Made by a program: the position numbers and the translations under genes. The notes beneath the pieces were generated by a model. The model was not told the origin of the DNA. It searched no databases and was given only the letters and a program-made list of their open reading frames with translations. Positions 39,380-48,010 of a DNA stretch of 64,000 nt are shown here, one piece after another (positions within the stretch are counted from its first letter, which is position 1; every line of letters begins with the position of its first letter). The stretch is from the IMG/VR virus record IMGVR_UViG_3300037067_027649, positions 14,964-78,963 of that record, one strand, 5' to 3'. The stretch is from a virus. Taxonomy: Duplodnaviria > Caudoviricetes.

Positions 39380-40220
39380 TTGGATAATAGAAAAAAATTT
39401 ATTTGATGATTATGAAAATAAATTAGTAGAAGCCATAAATAAAAATGGTTCTAATTGTATTTTATATGATAATGATAGATGGAATTCAGATTTAAAAAAA
39501 GATTTATCTAAATTATTAAAAGATGATGATATTGTTATATTTCATGGTTCATTGGGTTTGGGTAAAAAAATGTTAAGAGAAACATCATACTATCCTGGAA
39601 TTTATTTGACGTTAGAAAGTTATGAATGTTTTAAATATTATGGTTATTATGGAGATAATTTATTAAATAATAATTATTTAATGTTTGGATTGAATGATGT
39701 TTTAAGAAATAAAAATTTCATTTTTAATATTTTTAATTCAGAAAAAATATTTATTAGACCATCTAATGGATATAAAACATTTACTGGACAATGTTTATCT
39801 AAAATTAATTTTGAAAAAGATTTTGATTTACTTATTAAATCTTATGGTGGTATTGATTTAGATACTCTGTGTTTAATATCTCCAGCACAAGATATAGAAG
39901 AAGAATATAGACTTGTTATAGTAGATAAGAAAATAATATCAGGAAGTTTATATATGGATTCTAAAAATAGAGAATCTTGGATAGCTTATTATGATAAATT
40001 GTGTGAAGATGTGAATGTGTTTAAATTTGCAGAAAGTTTAATTGAAATGTATCAACCAGATTTTTGTTTTGATATGGATATATGTAGATTATCCAATGGT
40101 GATTATAAATTAATAGAAATAAATTCTTTCTGTTGTGGTTCTATGTATGGAAATGATTATGAAAAAGTAGTTTCTGCTGTTAATGATATGTGTTTAAAAG
40201 ATTATAATGATATATTTTAA
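39366..40220 (+). CDS. R2K-like ATP-grasp protein
   Basis: FIRP....K.FTG, EYR......IISGS.Y, MDI......K.IE.N. Confidence 0.75.
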   Translation: MKNVNWIIEKNLFDDYENKLVEAINKNGSNCILYDNDRWNSDLKKDLSKLLKDDDIVIFHGSLGLGKKMLRETSYYPGIYLTLESYECFKYYGYYGDNLLNNNYLMFGLNDVLRNKNFIFNIFNSEKIFIRPSNGYKTFTGQCLSKINFEKDFDLLIKSYGGIDLDTLCLISPAQDIEEEYRLVIVDKKIISGSLYMDSKNRESWIAYYDKLCEDVNVFKFAESLIEMYQPDFCFDMDICRLSNGDYKLIEINSFCCGSMYGNDYEKVVSAVNDMCLKDYNDIF

Positions 40221-40423
40221 TTTTTTAATAAGTTTTTCTTTTCTTGTTTGTGTAATATCTTTTTTATAAATATAATTCATTCCACACATCACATTAACAT
40301 CATTAGTATTAAGTAAACAAAACCATTTATATTTAAATCACAACAATTACACGAAAAATCATTATTTCTTAATGTTTTAACATATACGATACTATTGTGA
40401 TAATATTTTATTGGTTTATTCAT
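40195..40423 (-). pseudogene. frameshifted Cys4-family member
   Basis: MNKPIKYY...SCNCC...NGF stops early; adding 1 nt near 40320 gives CLLN...CG..Y.YKKDITQTRKEKLIKKL. Confidence 0.55.
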
Positions 40424-40424
40424 T

Positions 40425-40622
40425 TTAGAATTTCTTCAATTTTATTTTTCTTATACTTTTAATATCTTTAAAAACCATACCAATATTACAAACATGATTA
40501 CTATCACAAAAATTATTTTTTTTTAATATATAGCAGCCATCACAAACATTATTATTAAATTCTTCTTCAGTTTGTTTTACTAAATATAATTTAACACCTT
40601 TGTATGTTATAGATGTAGTCAT
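40425..40622 (-). CDS. small Cys4 protein with basic tag
   Basis: YKGVKLYLV...CDGC...C...C; SIRKIKLKKF. Confidence 0.7.
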   Translation of the reverse strand: MTTSITYKGVKLYLVKQTEEEFNNNVCDGCYILKKNNFCDSNHVCNIGMVFKDIKSIRKIKLKKF

Positions 40623-40820
40623 TTATCTTAAAAATTCTTCAATTTTATTTTTTCTCAAATCTTTTTTTGTTTTAAAAACCATACCATCTATACATAGTAA
40701 TTTAAAATATGATACCGAATTATTATTAAAATAACAACCACCACATGTATGTGATTTACGTTCATCATAAGTTTGTTCTACAAGATATAATTTAATATCA
40801 CCATAATGAAATTCTTTCAT
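40623..40820 (-). CDS. small Cys-containing protein with basic tag
   Basis: YGDIKLYLV...CGGC...C; DLRKNKIEEFL. Confidence 0.7.
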   Translation of the reverse strand: MKEFHYGDIKLYLVEQTYDERKSHTCGGCYFNNNSVSYFKLLCIDGMVFKTKKDLRKNKIEEFLR

Positions 40821-40827
40821 ATATTTT

Positions 40828-41091
40828 TTAAAATAATAGATTAATACTTTTTGCTCTCATATAAGCTTGTGCAAGATGATCATCAAATAAACCTTTTTTT
40901 ATTGACATTTTAGCAAAAATTAATCCAGATTTATAATCTGATGGTTCATTACTAAACCTTGCTAATACTGTAGGTATTTGTTTAATTTTATCACAAAAAT
41001 ATAAATCTGCGCCATTAAAATTACCTAAAAATTTGCAATAGTCACAATCATGCTTAAATTTTGGTTTTTGATTACTTGTTAAATTTTCCAT
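40828..41091 (-). CDS. phage hypothetical protein
   Basis: F.HDC..C.FLG....ADLY.C......V.AR.S.E.SDY.SG. Confidence 0.7.
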   Translation of the reverse strand: MENLTSNQKPKFKHDCDYCKFLGNFNGADLYFCDKIKQIPTVLARFSNEPSDYKSGLIFAKMSIKKGLFDDHLAQAYMRAKSINLLF

Positions 41092-41096
41092 AATAT

Positions 41097-41306
41097 TTAT
41101 TTTAAAATTTGTTTTATTTTATCTTTTCTTAATTCGGATACTTTTTTATATACGGTGTCATTTGTACATTTAACATTTTTATTTTCAATACAATTAATAA
41201 TATTTAATGAACAACCACCACAAAGACCATAAAAACTTTCAGATTCTTTTTGTCGAACTAATTTATATTTAACCCCATCAATAATTATATTATTATTTTT
41301 TATCAT
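41097..41306 (-). CDS. small Cys4 protein with basic tag
   Basis: IDGVKYKLV...CGGC...C...C; ELRKDKIKQIL. Confidence 0.7.
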   Translation of the reverse strand: MIKNNNIIIDGVKYKLVRQKESESFYGLCGGCSLNIINCIENKNVKCTNDTVYKKVSELRKDKIKQILK

Positions 41307-41509
41307 TTAATATTTTTTTTTATTTTAGATTTACGTATATCAGATAATTTTTTATATATTGTGTTATATTCGCATTTAATATTTTTAACATTAAGACAAC
41401 TATATCCTTCAATATTAAATGAACAACCTTCACACACTCCATCATTTATCGTTTGTTTTACTAGTTGATATTTAATGCCATCAACAATTATATGATTTTT
41501 TTTAGTCAT
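41303..41509 (-). CDS. small Cys4 protein with basic tag
   Basis: VDGIKYQLV...CEGC; DIRKSKIKK. Confidence 0.7.
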   Translation of the reverse strand: MTKKNHIIVDGIKYQLVKQTINDGVCEGCSFNIEGYSCLNVKNIKCEYNTIYKKLSDIRKSKIKKNIK

Positions 41510-41732
41510 TTAATATTTGATTTATTTTAAATTTTCTGATATTTTTTAACATTTTATAGTTATAATCTCTACCGCAAGTTATACCAAGTCTTATACATGA
41601 TGGTAAAGAAAAAGCACATCCTTCACATGTGCAATATTTTGTCATATTTTTAATATATGCAATATTATTTATGAATATTATATCTTCACTTTTCATTAAA
41701 TAATTTTTTAATTTTTTCTTCTCTGAAATCAC
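41502..41732 (-). CDS. small Cys4 protein with basic tag
   Basis: Probable start MKSED; CEGC..C..C; NIRKFKINQIL. Confidence 0.65.
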   Translation of the reverse strand: MISEKKKLKNYLMKSEDIIFINNIAYIKNMTKYCTCEGCAFSLPSCIRLGITCGRDYNYKMLKNIRKFKINQILND

Positions 41733-42081
41733 TAACTTTTTTTAATATACCTTCACCACAGTATAACCAACAATTAGTTAACATTAATCCATCAACTGCA
41801 CAATATCGACAAATTCCTTTATTTGGATTATCAACTACATAATAATATGTACCATTTAAAAATACTTTTTTCATATTCCAAATATTTTTTAATTTTTTTT
41901 TTATTTCACTAACTTTTTTAAAAAAATATTTATCTTGACAGTCAAACTCACTACCAATTTGACAATTATCACGACATATAAAATCTTTTATGTTTATAAA
42001 AAAACAACTTTTACAAGGATTATTATCATTAGTATGAACTAATTCTAATTTAACACCTTTATATATAAATTGTTTTTCCAT
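41686..42081 (-). CDS. in-frame fusion of two Cys4 units
   Basis: Probable start MEKQFIY at 42081; two complete units; ends DFREEKIKKLF. Confidence 0.6.
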   Translation of the reverse strand: MEKQFIYKGVKLELVHTNDNNPCKSCFFINIKDFICRDNCQIGSEFDCQDKYFFKKVSEIKKKLKNIWNMKKVFLNGTYYYVVDNPNKGICRYCAVDGLMLTNCWLYCGEGILKKVSDFREEKIKKLFNEK

Positions 42082-42088
42082 TAAAATA

Positions 42089-42685
42089 TTAAGATAAATA
42101 AGCCAAACATTTGTTTTTAGCTTCTGTGATTTCAATAAATTTATCTGAGTTACCACCTTTATCTGGATGATGTTGCATTGATAATTGTCGATATGCATTT
42201 TTAACATCATCTGTGGATGCTTCACTATCTAAACCTAAAACTTTAAAAGATTCAATAGGTTTATTGTCTTTTATCATAGATGCTAAAAGAAAATCCCAAA
42301 AAAATCCACTACCAAATCCAAACCCACCAAATTCTCTTCTTTCGAAATCTTCATATTCCCTACGTCTTTTATCACGTTCTTCTGCATCTTTTTTACGTTG
42401 TGCCATAACATCAGGAAATAATTCATTTCTTGTCTTTGCAATAACACTTGCATAAAAATAATTCCAAAGCTTATCAGGGAGAACACCTGCAGTTTTATTG
42501 CTAATTGCATCCCATTTCATTCTAATGGCACGAACAGCATTTTCATAACCTTTTATATTTTTTGTTGAATTACCAACCTCTAAAAGAGTTATAAAATCAA
42601 AAGTTAAATCAGAAATAAAACCGTTATGGTTGAAATTTACACCTTTATCAAGATTGTACTTTGAAACATATTCTTTTGTTTTCAT
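42089..42685 (-). CDS. J-domain protein (C-terminal J domain)
   Basis: F..LGL...AS..DVK.AYR.L....HPDKGG...F..I..A; G/F-rich stretch before it. Confidence 0.9.
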   Translation of the reverse strand: MKTKEYVSKYNLDKGVNFNHNGFISDLTFDFITLLEVGNSTKNIKGYENAVRAIRMKWDAISNKTAGVLPDKLWNYFYASVIAKTRNELFPDVMAQRKKDAEERDKRRREYEDFERREFGGFGFGSGFFWDFLLASMIKDNKPIESFKVLGLDSEASTDDVKNAYRQLSMQHHPDKGGNSDKFIEITEAKNKCLAYLS

Positions 42686-42690
42686 ATTTT

Positions 42691-42946
42691 TTAGATATTT
42701 AATTTTTTACAAATTTCATCAACACACTCATCATTTAATTCACAAAAATTTCTTTTAATATTATCTTTAGATAAAGGTATATCTAAAATATTAAACATTT
42801 CAACTAAAAATGATATACCAACATCAAATACAGCTTCTGCTTCATCTTTAGAAACCCCCTTGGATGTATAATTTACCGCAGGTTTTACTTTTTTTTTCGT
42901 AAAAACTTTCTAATATTTTAATTTTATTTTCTACTTCTGTTGACAT
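42691..42946 (-). pseudogene. gene interrupted by a +1 frameshift in an A9 run
   Basis: MSTEVENKIKILESFYEKK; removing one A gives VKPAVNYTSKGVSKDEAEAVF...KLNI* (84 aa). Confidence 0.55.
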
Positions 42947-43045
42947 GTTTATTTGTATTTATTATACAAATTTATAAAAATATTAACAAATAAAAAAATT
43001 ATTCATATAATATTTTCATAAAATAGTGAAAATAAGTGTTTTTTA

Positions 43046-43303
43046 TTAAAAAAGTTTTAATTGATTTGGATTATCGTTTGGTTCTATTGTGTTATCCATT
43101 AGTAATTTTAAAAAATAATCAGCAGCATTATTGGCTATAATGTGTTTATCTGTTCTATTTAAGTGCTTCTTTCCAGTTTTTTCTTTATACCATCTTTCAC
43201 AATCTATATAAGCCATAGCAATATTAGCTTTCCAACCATAGTAATATTCTTGGTCTTTTTTTAATTCTTTACTTAATCTTAATATAACATGCCTAATACT
43301 CAT
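43046..43303 (-). CDS. phage hypothetical protein
   Basis: D.EYYYGWKANIAMA..D...N.AA..FL.LL. Confidence 0.7.
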   Translation of the reverse strand: MSIRHVILRLSKELKKDQEYYYGWKANIAMAYIDCERWYKEKTGKKHLNRTDKHIIANNAADYFLKLLMDNTIEPNDNPNQLKLF

Positions 43304-43373
43304 AAATTATTATATTCATAAAATATTATTTTGTTTAATTTTAATATATAATAAAAAATATTTTATTTTTGTT

Positions 43374-43922
43374 ATGTATGTAAAATTATTCGAAAAATTC
43401 AATGAAAAATGGTATCATGGTTCAAAAGAATATTTTACCGAATTTAAATTGAAAAAAGGTACTTTATTGGATTATAATTATATAGCTCCTATATTTTTAA
43501 CAAGTGATAAAGAATTTGCTAAAGAACATGCAGGTTATAAAACACCTTATATTTATGAAATTGAAGTTTTAACTGACAATATTTTTGATTATAAAAAATT
43601 ACCATCTGGTTATAATCTAATGTATTATGTAGAAGATAATATTAAAAAAGATAATAAAGATTATGAATTAGGTAAAAAATTATACATGGATATTTTTTTA
43701 GAAAATATTGATGTTAAACCATATTCATATCAAGATGTTGATGAATTATATAGTAGAATTATTACTGGTGATTATTGTTATTTAGAAGAAGTTTGGTTTT
43801 ATGAGTGGTTAAAATTTAATAATTTTGATGGTGCTTATATTAATGAAACAGGTGCTAAAAATTTATATATTTTTAACCCAAATGATTTAAAAATAATAAA
43901 TGTGGAAAAATTAAATTATTAA
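43374..43922 (+). CDS. ART-PolyVal-like protein with leader
   Basis: MYVKLFEKFNE; WYHGS..F.EF, IFLT....FA, FDG, IFNPNDLK. Confidence 0.6.
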   Translation: MYVKLFEKFNEKWYHGSKEYFTEFKLKKGTLLDYNYIAPIFLTSDKEFAKEHAGYKTPYIYEIEVLTDNIFDYKKLPSGYNLMYYVEDNIKKDNKDYELGKKLYMDIFLENIDVKPYSYQDVDELYSRIITGDYCYLEEVWFYEWLKFNNFDGAYINETGAKNLYIFNPNDLKIINVEKLNY

Positions 43923-43932
43923 TTTTTCATTT

Positions 43933-44127
43933 TTATGCTTTGTTTATTTTTCTCAATTTTTGTTTTCTAATTTCTTTTATATCAATTTCTACATAATAAC
44001 CATCATCACAATTAAATTTAGAACAATTCATACCATAAAATGCACATAAACCACACATATAACATATAGTATCTTCATTATGTTTTATAAATTTATAATA
44101 TTTATTTTCATATTTAACAATTTCCAT
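43933..44127 (-). CDS. small Cys4 protein with basic tag
   Basis: KYENKYYKF...CGLC..C..C.DGYY.EI.IKEIRKQKL. Confidence 0.72.
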   Translation of the reverse strand: MEIVKYENKYYKFIKHNEDTICYMCGLCAFYGMNCSKFNCDDGYYVEIDIKEIRKQKLRKINKA

Positions 44128-44311
44128 TATTAATTTTTTCTATTTTTTGTTTTCTAATTTCTTTTATATTAATTTCTACATAATATCCACCATCACAATT
44201 ATATTTAGAACAAAACATATCATGACAAAATGCACAATTAGTACAAGAAAAATCATAAAACGGATAATCAATAAATTTATAATATTTATCTTCGTATTTA
44301 ATAATTTTCAT
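44114..44311 (-). CDS. small Cys4 protein with basic tag
   Basis: Near-duplicate of 43933..44127. Confidence 0.72.
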   Translation of the reverse strand: MKIIKYEDKYYKFIDYPFYDFSCTNCAFCHDMFCSKYNCDGGYYVEINIKEIRKQKIEKINNGNC

Positions 44312-44534
44312 TATTATTAATTTTTTCTAATTTTTGTTTTCTTATTTCTTTTATATCAATTTCAATAAAATAACCATTACTACAATCTAAAATTTCAAAA
44401 TTTGTGTTAATACATTTTGAATTTACATATAAAGAACATGTAGAACAATTTACAAATATTGAGTTATCATTTATTTTTTTGTAATATTTACTTTTAAATT
44501 TTATTATATTCATATGAATTAGTATATTATTCAA
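44298..44534 (-). CDS. small Cys4 protein with basic tag
   Basis: Probable start at the second Met; EIRKQKLEKI. Confidence 0.7.
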   Translation of the reverse strand: MNNILIHMNIIKFKSKYYKKINDNSIFVNCSTCSLYVNSKCINTNFEILDCSNGYFIEIDIKEIRKQKLEKINNNENY

Positions 44535-44580
44535 ATATAGTAATTAATTTTTAATAATTTAAAAAATATAAGGACATTTT

Positions 44581-44661
44581 GTCCTGATTTATGTCCTGAT
44601 TTATGTCCTGATTTATGTCCTGATTTATGTCCTGATTTATGTCCTGATTTATGTCCTGATT
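44581..44661. repeat. perfect 12-bp tandem repeat (GTCCTGATTTAT)x6.75
   Basis: Read directly; intergenic; flanked by GACA-N3-TGTC palindromes. Confidence 0.97.
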
Positions 44662-44883
44662 AAATTAAAAATATATATCTGGACACATTTTTTACTTTTT
44701 ACATAGACACTTTGTCTATGATTATGTCTATGTTTAATTTAAAATGAATGATAAATCGTTCATTATTATCATAAATAGTATTTTTTGAATTAAAAACCAT
44801 TCAATATTAATAAAAATAATAAAATTTTAAAACTTTATTAACATTTTGTTATATAATATTTTATAAAAAATAATTATTATGTT

Positions 44884-45978
44884 TTGGAATTATCAGAAAA
44901 AAGTTTGTTGTTTATCGAAAAAGCAAGAAAAGTTCATGGTGATAGGTATGATTATTCTTTAGTTGATTATAAAAATAATAAAACTAAAGTTAAAATAATT
45001 TGTAAAGAACATGGTGTATTTGAACAAAGACCTGATATGCATTTACATCAGCAACAAGGTTGCCCGACATGTGCTAATAAAAATGTCAATATTAATACAT
45101 ACCTAGAAAGATTTAAAATTGTACATGGTGATAGGTATGATTATAGTTTAGTTGAATATAAAGATTGTGACACACTTGTAAATATAATTTGTAGAATTCA
45201 TGGTATATTTCAGCAATCACCATATAATCATAGTAAAGGTCAAAATTGTCCAACATGTATAGGAAGAAATAAAACAAATGAAAAAATTATAAAAGAATTT
45301 AAAGAAATTCATGGTGATAAATACGATTATTCATTAATAGATTATGAAAATGATAAAACAAAATTGAAAATAATATGTAAAATTCATGGTATTTTTAAAA
45401 AAACTTATAATCAACATAAAAGAAATAAAGGTTGTCCTAAATGTCTTAATAGAAATAAAACTAACTTAGATATTATAGAAGATTTTAAAAAAATACATAG
45501 TGATAAATATGATTATTCTTTAGTTGATTATACTAGTAATAAGAATAATGTTATAATAATTTGTAAAAAACATGGAAAATTCTTACAAAGTCCAAATTCG
45601 CATTTAATGGGTAGAGGGTGTCCAATATGTAATGAAAGTCAAGGAGAAAAAAAGATATCTGATATTTTAGACAATTTCCAAATAAAATATATTAGAGAAT
45701 ATAAAATTAATAATTCAAATAATTCTTTAAGATTAGATTTTTTCATACCTCAATATAACATAGGAATAGAATATAATGGTAGACAACATTACGAAATAGT
45801 AGAAAAATTTGGTGGAAAAAAAGAATTTTTAAAAACTATTGAACGTGATAAAAGGAAAATTAAAATATGTGAAGAAAAAAATATTAAATTATTAATAATT
45901 CCATATAAAATAAATAAAATAGAAGATATAAAAAATGAAATTGTGGATTTTTTAGAAAAAGAAAAGGTCAGCTATTAA
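44884..45978 (+). CDS. free-standing homing-type endonuclease
   Basis: Four HGD.YDYS...I.C..HG.F repeats; LDFFIP....IEYNGRQHY. Confidence 0.8.
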   Translation: MELSEKSLLFIEKARKVHGDRYDYSLVDYKNNKTKVKIICKEHGVFEQRPDMHLHQQQGCPTCANKNVNINTYLERFKIVHGDRYDYSLVEYKDCDTLVNIICRIHGIFQQSPYNHSKGQNCPTCIGRNKTNEKIIKEFKEIHGDKYDYSLIDYENDKTKLKIICKIHGIFKKTYNQHKRNKGCPKCLNRNKTNLDIIEDFKKIHSDKYDYSLVDYTSNKNNVIIICKKHGKFLQSPNSHLMGRGCPICNESQGEKKISDILDNFQIKYIREYKINNSNNSLRLDFFIPQYNIGIEYNGRQHYEIVEKFGGKKEFLKTIERDKRKIKICEEKNIKLLIIPYKINKIEDIKNEIVDFLEKEKVSY

Positions 45979-45989
45979 ACTGACCTTTT
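45962..45989. terminator. bidirectional terminator
   Basis: AAAAGGTCAG..CTGACCTTTT between convergent genes. Confidence 0.7.
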
Positions 45990-46011
45990 TTGATTTATTT
46001 AATAATTTTGT

Positions 46012-47880
46012 TTACTTAACTTCTTCAAAATCTACATTCGTTGCACTATCGTTTGGTTTACTATTTTCACTATCATTAGTAGTAGAATTACCACTTTGAT
46101 AAATTCTTGTACTAATCTTATTCCAAATTGTAGTAAGTTCTTCTGATATCTTATTCATGTTACTAAAATCTTTGGAATCTTTTGCTTTTTTCAACTCTTC
46201 AACTTTAGATGTAAGTTCATCTTTTTCATTACCAACAAACTTATCTTCCATTTCTTTCATCTGTTTCTCAGTTGAAAAAATTAATGAATCTGCTTTATTG
46301 ATATTATCAATTTCTTCTTTTGCTTTACGATCATTTTCAGCATTTTCTTCAGCTTCTTTTTTCATTCTTTCAACTTCTGATTTATCAAGGTTAGAAGAAC
46401 CATCAATACGAATGTTTTGTTTTTTCCCAGTTCCCTTATCATGAGCAGATACTTCTAAAATACCATTAGCATCAATATTGAATGTTACTTCAATTTGTGG
46501 TGTACCACGCATTGCGGGTGGAATTCCATCAAGATTAAATCTACCTAAAGATTTATTATCTTTAGCCATAGGTCTATTTCCTTGTAAAACATGTATTTCA
46601 ACAGATGGTTGATTATCAGAAGCAGTACTAAATACATTAGATTTACTTACAGGAATTGTAGTATTCGATTCAATCATCACCGTAGATACACCACCCATAG
46701 TTTCTATAGACAAATTTAAAGGAGTCACATCAAGAAGAAGAACATCTGTAACATCACCAGTTAAAACAGCAGCTTGAACAGCAGCACCCAAACTCACCGC
46801 TTCATCAGGATTAACATTTTTATTTGCTTTTTTGTCAAAAACTTTTTCAACTACGGCTTGAACTGCTGGTATACGTGTAGAACCACCAACTAAAATTACT
46901 TCATCAATATTTTCTTTGTTCAAACCAGAATCCTTCAATGTTGTTTCACAAAGTTTAGTCAATTTATCCAAATATTTATCAATCATTTGTTCAAATTGTG
47001 AACGAGTAATAGTTTTTACCAAATGCATAGGAATACCATTAATTGGTATAATATAAGGTAAATTAATTTCAGTTTGAGTTGATGTTGATAATTCAATTTT
47101 AGCCTTTTCAGCAGCTTCTTTTAATCTTTGATGTGCAATAGCATCTTTTCTTAAATCAACATTATTTTCTTTATAAAAATCTTCTGCAAGCCAATTAATA
47201 ATTTCTTCATCGAAATTATCACCACCAAGTAAAGAATCACCTTTTGTTGCTTTAACTTCAAATACACCATCACCCATATCGAGTATGGAAACATCGGATG
47301 TTCCACCCCCGATATCGTAGACAACTATTTTTTTATCACCTTTTTGTTCAAGACCATATGCTAATGCTGCTGCAGTAGGTTCATTGATAATACGAAGGAC
47401 ATTCAAACCAGCAATTTCTCCAGCTTCTTGTGTACTTTTTCTTTCTTGATCATTAAAATACGCTGGAACTGTAATAACAGCATCTTTAACTTCATAACCC
47501 AAATAATCTTCGGCAGTTTTCTTCATTTTCTGCAAAATCATAGCAGAAATTTCTTGTGGTGTATAATCCCTTCCACCAATTTCAACAACAGCATTTCCAT
47601 TTGAACCACTTTTAACTTTATAAGGCATTTTAAGGTTTTCAACATCTTTATATTTCTTACCCATAAAACGTTTTATACTATAAATTGTATTTGTCGGGTT
47701 AGTTACAGCTTGACGTTTTGCTGGATCACCAATTTTTCTTTCACCATTTTCCAAAAAAGATACAATTGATGGTGTAGTTCTTTTACCCTCACTATTTGGG
47801 ATTACTACTTTTTCATTTCCTTCGAATACACTTACACAAGACGTTGTTGTTCCAAGATCAATTCCTATACATTTTTTCAT
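46012..47880 (-). CDS. dnaK: Hsp70 chaperone DnaK
   Basis: [50 protein letters not shown]. Confidence 0.98.
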   Translation of the reverse strand: MKKCIGIDLGTTTSCVSVFEGNEKVVIPNSEGKRTTPSIVSFLENGERKIGDPAKRQAVTNPTNTIYSIKRFMGKKYKDVENLKMPYKVKSGSNGNAVVEIGGRDYTPQEISAMILQKMKKTAEDYLGYEVKDAVITVPAYFNDQERKSTQEAGEIAGLNVLRIINEPTAAALAYGLEQKGDKKIVVYDIGGGTSDVSILDMGDGVFEVKATKGDSLLGGDNFDEEIINWLAEDFYKENNVDLRKDAIAHQRLKEAAEKAKIELSTSTQTEINLPYIIPINGIPMHLVKTITRSQFEQMIDKYLDKLTKLCETTLKDSGLNKENIDEVILVGGSTRIPAVQAVVEKVFDKKANKNVNPDEAVSLGAAVQAAVLTGDVTDVLLLDVTPLNLSIETMGGVSTVMIESNTTIPVSKSNVFSTASDNQPSVEIHVLQGNRPMAKDNKSLGRFNLDGIPPAMRGTPQIEVTFNIDANGILEVSAHDKGTGKKQNIRIDGSSNLDKSEVERMKKEAEENAENDRKAKEEIDNINKADSLIFSTEKQMKEMEDKFVGNEKDELTSKVEELKKAKDSKDFSNMNKISEELTTIWNKISTRIYQSGNSTTNDSENSKPNDSATNVDFEEVK

Positions 47881-48010
47881 AATTTATTAAATTTTTTATT
47901 TTTTGTTAAATATATTTTAATTATTTGGATTTAACAAAAATTAAACCAACAAAATTTGTCATGACATTTTGTCATAATTTTTAATCCCATAAAAAATAAT
48001 ATATAAAAAT

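Noticed and set aside
44581-44661. Tandem repeat as a CRISPR array or coding repeat
   Set aside because: There are no spacers, the unit is only 12 bp, and no start-to-stop ORF spans it.
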